From Flectonema sp. DT1601 (taxonomy: Eukaryota): a DNA stretch of 64,000 nucleotides. Below are positions 11,869-23,400 of the stretch, one piece after another (position 1 is the stretch's first letter; every line of letters begins with the position of its first letter). Below the pieces are notes generated by a model. It searched no databases and was not told where the DNA came from. It saw only the letters and a list, made by a program, of their open reading frames with translations. The DNA lies in assembly GCA_964019425.1 (NCBI GenBank), contig OZ025793.1, positions 62,001-126,000 of the forward strand, in the 5' to 3' direction. The position numbers and the translations under genes were made by a program.

Positions 11869-12403
11869 CTAATCGCCCTGCATTTTTAAACTAATGAGCT
11901 CTTGTTTGCGTCGCATTTCAGCACGTTTCTTGGAGAGCCACGTGTTTTCACTGGCAAGCGTTGCTTCCACTGCTGCAACAGGACCCGCATTGAGAGGACT
12001 TCGTTTTCGATCTAATTCTTCGATCGCGAGTTGGATTTGCGCGTTCTTCGCCAGCTCAGCATCCTCCGCCAGACGGAGTTTGTCTAATCGAACTTTTTTT
12101 CTCGCACTTTCTCCTGACAATTCACTTCCTCCCCACAACGAAAATGCAGCTACAGACATTGTAAAGAAACCGGTACCTAGAGATATGAAAACACGAGCCT
12201 GTTTGGATTATATTTATTATTATTTTTACAACAAACAGAAGCAGAAGAGGCAGAATAAGATTTAAATTACATACCGATTCCTCGCTTTTAATCCCAAGAA
12301 TACTTCTGATTTCGTTCTTTATACTTATCTTCTCACCGATTGATTTATCAATTTGTGGTTTCGGAGGTCTAGACATACGGAGTGAGAGAGTTTTTCGAAA
12401 CAT
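11869..12403 (-). CDS. Hypothetical single-TM protein, possibly mitochondrial; exons 12403-12275 and 12198-11869
   Basis: 76-nt intron GTATGT...ACAG joins two track ORFs in frame; Arg-rich N-terminus and one hydrophobic segment. Confidence 0.7.
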
Positions 12404-12798
12404 CTCTTTCTAGTCCTGTTTAATGTTGTAATACACAACGCGTCTCAATGTACCAACGTCAATTTTATGTTGTCTTGTAAATGTAAATTAAATAAAAGCT
12501 TCACACTATTCCAAAGCATCAATAGGAACGCTAAGAGCATTCGACAACAAGTTAGAAAACTAAATATAAAAGCGTCTGGGACAACACAAAAATATCAGCG
12601 GGGGAGATGGCAAGGTTGTGACTGGGTTACAAGTCAACAGAACAAAGCATTAAAAAAAAAAGTACAAAGTCGGCAAAGAGCTACCTTGTTTTGTTCTTTA
12701 TAAGTGTATCAAAAAAAAGGTTTGCTTTATTAGCACAAGAAGGATAAGTAATCTTTAAAGGTTTATAACCACCAATTAAAGACTTTATTAACAACAAA

Positions 12799-15700
12799 CT
12801 AATAAGAGTACTGTGATGACTGGTACTGTGGAGATCCATAAAGCTGATCAATCGATCTAACAACACGCTGAGGACTAACGTGATTCACAAAGTCTGTTGT
12901 CTCACCACGAACTTGATCTCTGTGTTGATCAATCGACAGCGTGAACTTTGAGTCTTCTTTTTCACGTTCTTCACGAATGAGAGATCCCTGTTTTGTGTTT
13001 TTCATTTTCCCATAAAATATAAAATAATGATCATGTTACAACCCATCATCATGTGTTACCAATTGAGACCAAAGACGTCATCGCAATACGTACAAAATAC
13101 AGTTTTCAATATTACATCTTTGACAACAGAGAGAGACCTCTGCAGCACAACAACAGCTGCAGGTCCTTGGGAGCCGTCACTACGAAAACAGGTTCCAGAG
13201 AGAGAGAGAGTGTGTGTGTGTTATTCGATGAAAGAGTATGTAGGATCACACCAAGGCACAGTAAACACATTTCAGAATAGTGTAGATGTGCTGGTTAAAT
13301 GTGATTCTTACTTTGCTATTGCGCGGTTGATAATACTGTTGAATTGAGATCGGGCTCAGTGCAATCAGCCTGTCCAGCGCGTTTATTCAATCATGAGATT
13401 CGTGAAACTTTTACACCTCAGTTTATGACATCACACAAGTTACGCGAGACATCGTCCCCTTACATTAATTATAATATACGAGAACTAAACCACAGGTATC
13501 TAGGACCTCCTTACGATGCGTTATGAAATTAGTAGTCCACCACATCCTGCCAAGTAAGTCCATTTACTGTTGAAGGAGGCATTAGTATAGAATAAACGAC
13601 AAAACAAGTGATTGGAATCTTGGAACAAAGGGAGTATCCCGACTACTGCACTGAAGTGGCAACAGCCAGGGCTGAGGAGTTCCTCCCCCTCAAAACAAGG
13701 CAGAGATTAGTTTTCATGACTCTCGCAACCCTCCAACGCCTCTCAGAGATGTCTTCCCGACGAGAAGGGTTAATTAAAAGTTGCTCTTTGTTTGTTTTTT
13801 CTTCTTTCCATATATTCAGGAATGATCTCCGAAGTGTTTCCCGCTGGAGAGAATACTTTCAACTCAACCCAGCAGAATTGCACTCCGTTCTACACGTGAA
13901 CAGCAGTTTCTCGCAAACTCGACCAGACGAGAATCAAATAATAATATGATCTTTGACAACAGAGAGAGACCTCTGCAGCACAACAACAGCTGCAGGTCCT
14001 TGGGAGCCGTCACTACGAAAACAGGTTGTGTGTGTTATTCGATGAAAGAGTATGTAGGATCACACCAAGGCACAGTAAACACATTTCAGAATAGTGTAGA
14101 TGTGCTGGTTAAATGTGATTCTTACTTTGCTATTGCGCGGTTGATAATACTGTTGAATTGAGATCGGGCTCAGTGCAATCAGCCTGTCCAGCGCTTGCAT
14201 TAGATTCCTATCACTGTGAAGTCACTTTGATATTTATCAATCTTGGAACAAAGGGAGTATCCTGACTACTGCACTGAAGTGGCAACAGCCAGGGCTGAGG
14301 AGTTCCTCTTCTCAAAACAAGGCAGAGATTAGTGTTTACTAAATAAAAAGAATATTAAGAACTCTGACTAAAATATAAATAAACAAAATAATGTGTATGG
14401 CCTTGGGAGCCGTCACTACGAAAACAGGTTGTGTGTGTTATTTGATGAAAGAGTATGTAGGATCACACCAAGGCACAGTAAACACATTTCAGAATAGTGT
14501 AGATGTGCTGGTTAAATGTGATTCTTACTTTGCTATTGCGCGGTTGATAATACTGTTGAATTGAGATCGGGCTCAGTGCAATCAGCCTGTCCAGCGCTTG
14601 CATTAGATTCCCATCACTGTGAGGTCACTTTGATATTTATCAATCTTGGAACAAAGGGAGTATCCTGACTACTGCACTGAAGTGGCAACAGCCAGGGCTG
14701 AGGAGTTCCTCTTCTCAAAACAAGGCAGAGATTGGTTTTCATGACTCTCGCAACCCTCCAACGCCTCTCAGAGATGTCTTCCCGACGAGAAGGGTTAATA
14801 AAAGTTGCTCTTTTCGCTTACATTACAGATTGTATCACAAAAGCAAGTGAGTGACTGTACGACACGCAGGCAGATGGCGACAGAAAGCATACAAACGACT
14901 ACAATGAAGTTGGGAATAACAGAGAGCTCAGAGAATGTCAACGCTGTGTAGAATTACGAAAGTATCCGCAACACCCTTTTCGGGATTCGGAGTCCAGTGC
15001 CCTGGTATAATTCTATCATCATAGCAACAGGAAGATTAAAACAAGTGATTGGAATCTTGGAACAAAGGGAGTATCCTGACTACTGCACTGAAGTGGCAAC
15101 AGCCAGGGCTGAGGAGTTCCTCTTCTCAAACAAGGCAGAGATTAGTTTTCATGACTCTCGCAACCCTCCAACGCCTCTCAGAGATGTCTTCCCGACGAGA
15201 AGGGTTAATAAAAGTTGCTCTTTGTTTGTTTCTTCTTCTTTCCATATATTCAGGAATGATCTCCGAAGTGTTTCCCGCTGGAGAGAATACTTTCAACTCA
15301 ACCCAGCAGAATTGCACTCCGTTCTACACGTGAACAGCAGTTTCTCGCAAACTCGACCAGACGAGAATCAAATAATAATATGATCTTTGACAACAGAGAG
15401 AGACCTCTGCAGCACAACAACAGCTGCAGGTCCTTGGGAGCCGTCACTACGAAAACAGGTTGTGTGTGTTATTCGATGAAAGAGTATGTAGGATCACACC
15501 AAGGCACAGTAAACACATTTCAGAATAGTGTAGATGTGCTGGTTAAATGTGATTCTTACTTTGCTATTGCGCGGTTGATAATACTGTTGAATTGAGATCG
15601 GGCTCAGTGCAATCAGCCTGTCCAGCGCTTGCATTAGATTCCCATCACTGTGAGGTCACTTTGATATTTATCAATCTTGGAACAAAGGGAGTATCCTGAC

Positions 15701-16042
15701 TACTGCACTGAAGTGGCAACAGCCAGGGCTGAGGAGTTCCTCCCCCTCAAAACAAGGCAGAGATTAGTTTTCATGACTCTCACAACCCTCCAACGCATCT
15801 CAGAGATGTCTTCCCGACGAGAAGGGTTAATTAAAAGTTGCCCTTTGTTTGTCCACATCAGAAACCATAAGTAGTATTTTATAACAACAATTGTCACACG
15901 GTAATAATTCTATCTAATAAATCTAAATAACACATACCCCAGGACTATGAGTTGGTACCCTGTAGTCAGAAGCGTAAGAATCAGAGACCGATCGCACAGG
16001 AGACCCGTTGTGAGTTGAGTACGTAGTGTAGTTGTAAGACAT
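12799..16042 (-). CDS. Small hypothetical protein (about 97 aa), host of array 1; exons 16042-15938 and 12987-12799
   Basis: MSYNYTTY...HSPG then GTATGT donor at 15937; ACAG acceptor at 12988 resumes in frame (GSLIREE...); 2950-nt intron. Confidence 0.7.
13496..13562 (-). ncRNA. Putative box-AGA (H/ACA-like) snoRNA, module F; other copies near 30016, 31837, 33931
   Basis: Lower stem GGACU/GGUCC, pocket UACUUGGCAG / GUAAGGA, upper stems GAUGUG/CGCAUC and GUGGA/UUCAU, then U-AGA; 67 nt; manual fold. Confidence 0.6.
14641..14710 (-). ncRNA. Putative box-AGA snoRNA, module A; 18 copies in the window
   Basis: Lower stem GGAAC/GUUCC, pocket UCCUCAGC / AUACUCCCUUU, 14-bp upper stem with 3 G.U pairs valid only on the minus strand, then A-AGA; 70 nt. 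Confidence 0.65.
14743..14809 (-). ncRNA. Putative box-AGA snoRNA, module B; about 15 copies
   Basis: Lower stem GCAACU/GGUUGC, upper stem CCUUCUCG/UGAGAGG, then G-AGA 15 nt from the upper stem; 67 nt. Confidence 0.65.
14925..15027 (-). ncRNA. Putative double-guide box C/D snoRNA, module G; other copies with box D at 34755, 35788, 36200
   Basis: Box C AUGAUGA (15022-15016), D' candidate CCGA, box D CUGA (14931-14928); guides CAGGGCACUGG and UUGACAUUC complement adjacent parts of conserved LSU CCCAGUGCUCUGAAUGUCAA. Confidence 0.7.
15381..15447 (-). ncRNA. Putative box-AGA snoRNA, module D; 9 full copies
   Basis: Lower stem UGACGGC/GUUGUCA (2 G.U), pocket UCCCAA / CUCUCU, upper stem GGACCUGCAGC/GCUGCAGAGGUCU, then A-AGA 14 nt from the upper stem; 67 nt. 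Confidence 0.7.
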
Positions 16043-16526
16043 GTTTGTTGAATACGTTTACTAATTGTGAAGTAGTTTATCTAAATAACTAACAACAATG
16101 CGATTCAATTACTTCGATAAGTATGTCGTCTATCATGAGTACCTGTTAAGGAAATCTTTTATTACTTTGTATTAACATTATTAACATCACTACCAGCAGG
16201 CTCGTCAACAACAGCTCGGGGAAGTGGTTAGGGAAAATATGCGAACGAATGACGAAAAGCGAAGGGGTCAGGGAAAAAAAAACAAAACGCGCGCAGCACT
16301 TAAAAGTTAGAGACTGGACAGGCAAGCGACGCATTTGCTTTCTTACTTTGCTTTCTTATTACCCAGAAGAGGACTTTCTTAAATTCTTAACAAGTTAAAG
16401 GGACGTACTGAAGGCTGCGTCATAATTTAATCTCAGACAAGAGCAAGTAGAATATCTTTTTATTCCTCCCAGACAGAGATTTTGAATTATTTCTTTTCTT
16501 TAAAGTTATTTGTTTGTAGGTAGCAA

Positions 16527-18312
16527 TCACTTCGAGGCATCAATGAGCTGTTTATGTTGTGTTTTGTGTTTAAATTTAAAAAATAAAACGAAAATTATTT
16601 AAATTTACCAAATGTTACATTAGTCATTCATTAACACTCTTCTTGAATATAAAACATACTTTCTGAACTCGTAAGAAGATATCTCCCTCATTGTCCCATT
16701 TGAGTATAGGTGTGATCCACGATTCTGACATTGCCGAGAGACCATAAATAGAACCAGCAATCTGACCTGTTACAGCAGCAACAGTGTCAGCATCACCACA
16801 TTGGTTGGCAGCTTTAAGAACTGCTTCTTGAAATGATGATGTTGACCAAACGATATGTAACGACATGGCCATATTATCCATAGCGTACGATCCAATGTAG
16901 TCAGGTTGTTTTTCAGCTCTTTGGGGAGCAAACTCATGATTGGCTCTCTTCCAGTTCCAATTTCTCTCACCCAAGTCCCAGTCTTTTCCTTCTGTTGGTG
17001 TTTCTTGTTCACTGCGTGCGAGATGCATAACACTTTTAGTATCAGACTTGAAGAACTTATCAATATTTCCCAAAACATCTTTTTTAATTGTTTCCGGATC
17101 AGATTCATGTGAAGCACACTTTATAACAATTGCAGTGAGTAGTCTACAGAGCTCTGATGCTTCAATTCCTTGATGAGTTGTTAAAGATTGAAGCCTTGCA
17201 ACTTCTTGCGCTTCGTCTGGTGAGTTGAAGTAGAAAATTGGAATTGCAGCGTTGCGCATTAGAGAACCGTTTCCAGATGTATTCTCATCACCTTTCTTAG
17301 TAAAAGCATAACCAACTTTCATAAACTCATCGAAAGACTGAGAGATGTTACCTCCCAACCCAATGCTGGTCTTACGAAGTCGGTCATTGTCACGACCGAA
17401 AGCGTTGTTGTAGCCGCATTCCCACCAGAGTACGAATCTCATTTTTAAATCCATCGGCGTGAATTTATTTGTAACCAGAAGAGAATCAGCTATACACAAT
17501 CCCATTGAGGAATCATCAGTCCACTGACCTGGTTTTACTGAGAAACGAGACTTAATATCATAAGTCATATCCTTGACTTGAATATCGTCTTCATCCCAAT
17601 CATATCTGATGGGTCGGAATTCCATTGGAGCTCCTAAACTGTCTCCGATGACCATTCCTAAGAAGGAACCGAATTTTCGATCTTCGCATTGATTTGAATA
17701 TTTCTTTGATAGAACTTTTGCTACAACAGATTTCTTTGTAGCTCTATCAGACTCTCCAAAGATTGAATAGTTACCCAACTCTGTACCACAACCAGAAGGA
17801 CGACATTGAATCCACTTAAACACTTCTGGCTGTTCTGACCATTTGTGAGCTGCCATCGGAGCAGACGAATCGAACTTCACATCAAAGAATCCGCTTGGAT
17901 TTGATACCTCGAGTTGCTTTAGACCATTCTTAGCTGATGTGACTTCTGGAGGTGGGTGTTGTTCACCAAATTTTGCTGCTGCGAGTCTTTCAACATGAGG
18001 TTGTGTCTCATTCATTTCAATATAACAACCCTGATTACCTTCATGAACACAGCTATAACACCACACTGATAGGTCTGAAAAGGAAGCAGCAATATGATGA
18101 GTTGGGTTTCTTCTGTAATGTCCCAGCATGTGTTGTCCAGGTCTGAACCTTCCACAATGTACTTCAAAACAAGTTAAGCAAATCCAATTCTCTTCTGCAT
18201 CTCCACATCCCGAGCAGGGCATCTCAACATCGACAACACGAGCTTCAGAAACATTAGAGACGTGGGGACAGTCAGTTTTTGGGGTAACAGCACCCATACA
18301 AGCACCTTCCAT
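16527..18312 (-). CDS. ZnF-UBP plus ADP-ribosylglycohydrolase fusion; exons 18312-16660 and 16547-16527
   Basis: CPH..CSGC..NWICLTC..CGR..HMLGH..H..VWCYSC (ZnF-UBP); GDSLGAPMEF, WTDD, GNGSLMR, GDADT (ARH/DraG). Confidence 0.9.
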
Positions 18313-18462
18313 AATTATTGTTGTGTAGTTGCTGAAGAGTAAATAGATTTCAAAAATAATCTCAAAACCTACAACAAGAATCATTAAAGAACGTCATCTC
18401 ATGCACAGCAGTACAGAGAAAGGTTTAGAATACTGACCAGTCATAAATTACATCATTCTCAA

Positions 18463-20361
18463 CTAATAGAAACTATCAGCGCAGTGTGCGGTATTATCTA
18501 ACAAGCGATTGCATCGAAAGTACTTCTCACTTCCATTACGAATCCTTAGTCTTGAAGATCCTTTCGGAGAACGAGAAGGTTTTTGTTTGAATCCAATACC
18601 TAGACGACCAGCTTCACGAGTTCTGTTATTAATCGCCTGCTCAACAACAATTGGAGGTGGTGTTATCTTTCTGTATATTCTCATAGGACGAGGAAGATCA
18701 TCATCAGGCTGTTGGAATTGTGGAGTCAGAACTAGCTGCATACCAAAAGGTAATTCTCGTTTATTATGAGGACCAACCTGCCATACAGAAAGTGATAAGA
18801 ACGATTCTTCAACTCCTCGTAAAACTGTTGCGATGTGTCCATTTGGATGAGGAGGTTGTTGTTTAGAAGAGAAGAAGGAAAGACAATCACTCACAATAAG
18901 TGAAAGCAGAGATGTCAATCCTGAAGAAGTACAAAGCAACTCTTTTAATATTTGACAATAAATTAATTCCATTCGTAAGTTAACAGTCATCAGATGTTCT
19001 ATACCACCAGAAACTATTGGAAGGGATCGTTTCTTAGACAAACAACCTGCTAACTCAGACATACTATAACTCATATTCCATTGTCTTACTTGACCACAAT
19101 AAGAACTTCTTAAAGCAGAAACACCAGAAGTCATACTTGGTAATGATAAGCATAATCTCAGATCACCTTTTGAACAATTCCAACCAGTATTTCTACAAGC
19201 TTCTATTAACTTGTCTCCTACTTGTTTAGGACTACTTCCATAATCATTTATTAACGGTTGACTTGGTAAGTTTTGATCGTATTGCGTCACACACACAACA
19301 CGAGATGAGTCATCTTTGTACTTGTTGACGATACGAAGTTTAGCTGTTCCTACATTGCAGTCAATAAAGCTGATGTCACCTGAGATGTTGTCGTTTGATG
19401 ACTTCTCTAAGAACATAATTTGATTTCGTAATCCACAACAGCAGACTACTAAAACAGCTGAAGTAACTCGAACGATACAATCAACTAGAAACAAGTCTTG
19501 TGAGATGTTGTTATTCATTTTACTAACCAACATGGCAGACTTTATTGTCGTATAAAGATCCATGTGATTGAAGACATCTGTTGTATCAGATTGTGTTTCT
19601 ATTGTCATCGGTGCTAATACGAACTCACTGTGACTTTCATAAGAGTTTTTTGATTTCAAAGTCGCTTCTCCTTGTCTACACTGAAACAACCTTCCCTTCA
19701 TAAAGGGTCTCTTCTTACAACTGTTAGTGACATGGGTGTGTACTTTATTATTACTAGTTACTGTTAATAAATCATAGTTGTTTTCTAATACGGGTTTCTT
19801 AGGTGGCGGTAAGTTGTGAGTACCACTCTTCGCAGTTGGTAAGTACACACGCGAATCACTTATCAAATTCGCAACAGCATAAGCACAAAAACCACCAGCC
19901 AAGTGAAGTGTTATTTTTACGAGCTTTTGTGTGTTTCTAGGAAGGGCTCCGTCCCAAGTTTCTCTTTTTCTTCGAAAAGGATATTTAAATTGTGTTTTAT
20001 TCAAGTCTACAGGTGTCGGTAGAGCAGACTGCCTCTGAAGTGAAAGCTGAGATAAAGGAACAAGCGTCTGTAATGTTTTCCGATGGATAAAAGAAGTAGC
20101 ATTGTACTTGTTAGCTGTTGATGTTGATTTTGTCGTTGTTTTTGTTTGAATCTTAACAGTAAGTTGATCCTTTCGCTCCAACAGTTCCTTTAGGTGACGT
20201 TCAACACCAAAGTCTTCACAGAATTCATCTGTTTTTTCATCAGCTGGAGTTGATGTGATGTATTTCTTTGCGTGTCGAGATTTTTTTTTTCGTTTTCCGG
20301 CGGGTCTTAAATCTAACCATCTCATGCATGCTGGTTGATCTGGAAGCAGGTGGATATTCAT
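18463..20361 (-). CDS. Hypothetical protein
   Basis: 632-aa ORF; no family recognised. Confidence 0.7.
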   Translation of the reverse strand: MNIHLLPDQPACMRWLDLRPAGKRKKKSRHAKKYITSTPADEKTDEFCEDFGVERHLKELLERKDQLTVKIQTKTTTKSTSTANKYNATSFIHRKTLQTLVPLSQLSLQRQSALPTPVDLNKTQFKYPFRRKRETWDGALPRNTQKLVKITLHLAGGFCAYAVANLISDSRVYLPTAKSGTHNLPPPKKPVLENNYDLLTVTSNNKVHTHVTNSCKKRPFMKGRLFQCRQGEATLKSKNSYESHSEFVLAPMTIETQSDTTDVFNHMDLYTTIKSAMLVSKMNNNISQDLFLVDCIVRVTSAVLVVCCCGLRNQIMFLEKSSNDNISGDISFIDCNVGTAKLRIVNKYKDDSSRVVCVTQYDQNLPSQPLINDYGSSPKQVGDKLIEACRNTGWNCSKGDLRLCLSLPSMTSGVSALRSSYCGQVRQWNMSYSMSELAGCLSKKRSLPIVSGGIEHLMTVNLRMELIYCQILKELLCTSSGLTSLLSLIVSDCLSFFSSKQQPPHPNGHIATVLRGVEESFLSLSVWQVGPHNKRELPFGMQLVLTPQFQQPDDDLPRPMRIYRKITPPPIVVEQAINNRTREAGRLGIGFKQKPSRSPKGSSRLRIRNGSEKYFRCNRLLDNTAHCADSFY

Positions 20362-21062
20362 AAGAAGTGATTGTTCATTCTTTTATTAATATCGTCACCA
20401 GTTCATATTGTGTAGGAGTCCTACAAGTTATTTCTACCACCCAACTGAGACTCTCACTGACTCCCAACAGGAAGTCGTGAATTTAATTATATCAGGTAAT
20501 GCTGTGCTGTAAGATTTTGTAAAAAAAAAATAAATCTTAAAATTATTCCAACAACAATTTTTTCTACGAAATACTATTTACTGAAACATAACAAATCTTT
20601 TTTATTTTTCTTCTTTTTTTTTATTTTTTTTTGTTTTTTCTGCAGTTGAATACTATTCCCCTTCCCCCTAACATTCTTATTTTGTGTTTCTTTGTTATGC
20701 GAAACAATAAGTTCGCACTATAATGAGGGACGACAATAAATGTTACAAAGGGGAAGAAAAAAGTAATTTTAAAAAAAATATATATATAGCAAAACCAATT
20801 CTACGAGGCATACAGTGAAAAGGGTGGCGAGACTGTTTGCAGCCGAAGGAAAAGAAAAAAAAGGGAAAAAGGAAAAGATAAATCATATCGATGGTGTTAC
20901 ATAACTCAGACAGATCTCTTTATTAATTGCGAAGGCTTGCTTGACGACTATTGTGGTTATTAGAAAAAATCCAAAACATAAAAAACAAAAAAAATAAATA
21001 CCAACTCCGTGATTATAACATCACTCTCATAACACAATACGTGTCCATCGTGTCTACAGTTC

Positions 21063-21953
21063 TTATTGTTTATCGGGAGTAGTTTTGTCATTGGAACCAA
21101 GTTTATGACCATAATCCTTTGGATTACACATAAAGTAAATCATTATAATAAAAAGTATCACAAAGGCAGTCACTCCGATTGAGATCCCAGCAATCTCTCC
21201 TCCGCTTAACGTTTCCCCACCACTGGAAGTGACTGAACCGAAATTGAAGAGACAAGCCCCGTCGTTGATAATGTAATTATCAGCGCATGTCACAGCAACA
21301 CAGATATTGCTGCCATGCCATCCTCTTACAACGCTACCATCAGGGTTTGGACAGCTGTACTGAATTCCGTCAAGCTCAACAAGATTCTCAAATCTTTGAT
21401 GATAGAGTCTTATTGAAGAAACAGTACTCGCATCAATCAGTTCTTGTATCTTAGCTGGAAGTATCATTAAAGGTTTTCCTGGAGTGAAATCATTAATTCT
21501 TCCTTCTACTTGAATAGCTGTGTAGAGTCCATCAAGTGGATTCTTTGGATTTAAACAAGTATGAACTATCTTTGATATGGTGATGGAGGTTCCTTGAAGT
21601 GCTGTTGCAACTATCGATTTAAATTCTGTTTCAAATCGACTAACCTTTGAGCAATCAGCAGTACCGAATGTTAAAGTAACGACGGCGGTCATTGGAGAAA
21701 CACGAGCTGCTTCTCCTCCATTACTTGGGAAGCAATGTTTGTAAACACTACTTGGTGACAATCCCAACTGAAGTGATGTAAAACCAACACCACAAGTACA
21801 TTGACCTACTAAATCATTACATCTACCAGCACTGTCACCATACTTCTGACAATGTGAATGTTGAGAACACACAATAATATGACCAGGTGCGAAATCTGAA
21901 CTCACAGCAGCAAACAGCGACACAATCACAAATATGATTCTTAACATTTCCAT
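21063..21953 (-). CDS. Type I membrane protein with an EGF-like Cys domain
   Basis: Signal peptide, C..HSHC..C..CTC..GF..C, C-terminal TM LSGGEIAGISIGV. Confidence 0.8.
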   Translation of the reverse strand: MEMLRIIFVIVSLFAAVSSDFAPGHIIVCSQHSHCQKYGDSAGRCNDLVGQCTCGVGFTSLQLGLSPSSVYKHCFPSNGGEAARVSPMTAVVTLTFGTADCSKVSRFETEFKSIVATALQGTSITISKIVHTCLNPKNPLDGLYTAIQVEGRINDFTPGKPLMILPAKIQELIDASTVSSIRLYHQRFENLVELDGIQYSCPNPDGSVVRGWHGSNICVAVTCADNYIINDGACLFNFGSVTSSGGETLSGGEIAGISIGVTAFVILFIIMIYFMCNPKDYGHKLGSNDKTTPDKQ

Positions 21954-22065
21954 ATTGTTGAGTTGAGTTACTGTTGTGGTAAACTAACCATTCACATTAT
22001 TACTAAACTCTGAAGTAAGTCAATCAAAAATAATTCATCGAATCGGGTCAGTTGATGAGAAAGAG

Positions 22066-22491
22066 TTAACAATTCTCAAAAGTGTTATTCTTTAATGAAG
22101 CAAAAGGAGACAATATCATCAAAACAGATAAAGGAACTGATATCACAATTGATAAGAATAAAGGAATAGGCCATTGCTGATACCAAACATCCCAATCAAG
22201 AGGTATAATAGCTGAGGACAACCATCCAATTAATATTACAGTTCTCGTGTATATCATCAGAGCCCTTTCATCAGAGCTTAGGTATTCCCCATTTATTACT
22301 ATTCTTTGAATGTCGCTGTTTGTATGAAGATTCTTGAGGCAAAAGGGAATTCCCAATAACAGCGATCCAAAGACGCCCGTTATCATTGTCTCAGGTAGAC
22401 TTCTAAATGGTGAGGCGCCCAATATTAAAAATAATACAATCAGTGAAACCGCACCGATGGTTAAAAACTTAACCGAATGAAGTAGCGTCAT
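22066..22491 (-). CDS. PIGF: GPI ethanolamine-phosphate transferase accessory subunit PIG-F/Gpi11 (start uncertain)
   Basis: ILGASP and GWLSSAIIPLDWDVWYQQWPIP signature. Confidence 0.85.
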   Translation of the reverse strand: MTLLHSVKFLTIGAVSLIVLFLILGASPFRSLPETMITGVFGSLLLGIPFCLKNLHTNSDIQRIVINGEYLSSDERALMIYTRTVILIGWLSSAIIPLDWDVWYQQWPIPLFLSIVISVPLSVLMILSPFASLKNNTFENC

Positions 22492-22963
22492 TAATATTGT
22501 TGTTCTGTGAGGTAATGAATAACATAAGAAGTCGATACAAGCTTTCAAAAATGTATTTTTTTGATGATACTTCCCTCGCACCCCATCATGATTTTAGTAA
22601 GGTTCTCTGATTATAATAAATTATACTTTTCGATTAAACTAAATTATAATAAATGAATTACTACTACCGACCTGAACCCTGATTGTTTAACGTACAGCAA
22701 TCTGGGCGGTGGGATCCTTAAGAGGTTGCGACTATTGATGTTGTTGGCTTTCGGGATGTCCCGAAGGGTTATTCCTTTTCAATTTCTTTTTTTTTTTTAA
22801 AGTTATTTTTTTTTTTGTTTTCGATTTTGATAAGTTACCAGTCACAATACTCAGCTGACAAAAAGCCGTCTGGGTCAGGTCGGTTTCAGACACTGCTAGC
22901 AATTCGGTTGATGACTGTACGAATGACAACAAAAAATCCACATCCCTAAAGAACACTAAAGGT

Positions 22964-23400
22964 TTAGATACGGCTTGGGTACATGTACACTCTCACCTTC
23001 TTTCCAAGAGCCTGGGCTGGGAGGTTTGGAGAGAACTTGGCACGGACGGCACCATTGTTTCCGTGAGAGCGAGTAACACGTCCCCACATAACGCGTACTC
23101 TGGACTTCATCTTTGGGTTCTGGGCAGAGCGAGTGTGGTTAGCCTGTTTTTTTTCTTCTTTTTCTTCGTAAACTTCCTGGAGACGTTGATAATAATAAAG
23201 TTCTCTGAAAAACATACCTTGGTCTTTGCCTTGAAGACGTATGCAACACGCTTACCGCAGTAGAACTCGGTATCGTCCTTGGTCTGAACGTTCTTAATCT
23301 TCAACAAGGAAGTGTGCTGAGTCTGGTGACGCTGACTACGTCTGAATCCGGTCATAACAGCTGGCTGAAAGAGACGAACGTTGGTCTTTGACTTTCCCAT
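22964..23400 (-). CDS. RPL35A: 60S ribosomal protein L35a (eL33); exons 23400-23218 and 23143-22964
   Basis: [39 protein letters not shown]; 74-nt intron. Confidence 0.97.

Larger units (their letters stand above)
13116..15852 (-). repeat. Intronic modular array 1 (putative snoRNA cluster), split by a unique AT-rich spacer at about 14333-14400
   Basis: Near-identical modules shared with arrays 2-4; five copies of core module A (AATCTTGG at 13616, 14239, 14642, 15053, 15673). Confidence 0.95.

Noticed and set aside
14655..14725. Plus-strand hammerhead-like string GTA-[hairpin]-CTGAGGA-G..C-AAAAC in module A (retrozyme idea)
   Set aside because: GAAA is replaced by AAAA, stem II is about 1 bp, stem III cannot form, and the hairpin has A.C mismatches on this strand
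13111..15860. ACATC at both ends of array 1 as a TSD
   Set aside because: Only 5 nt, overlaps module sequence, and there is no equivalent at the other three arrays
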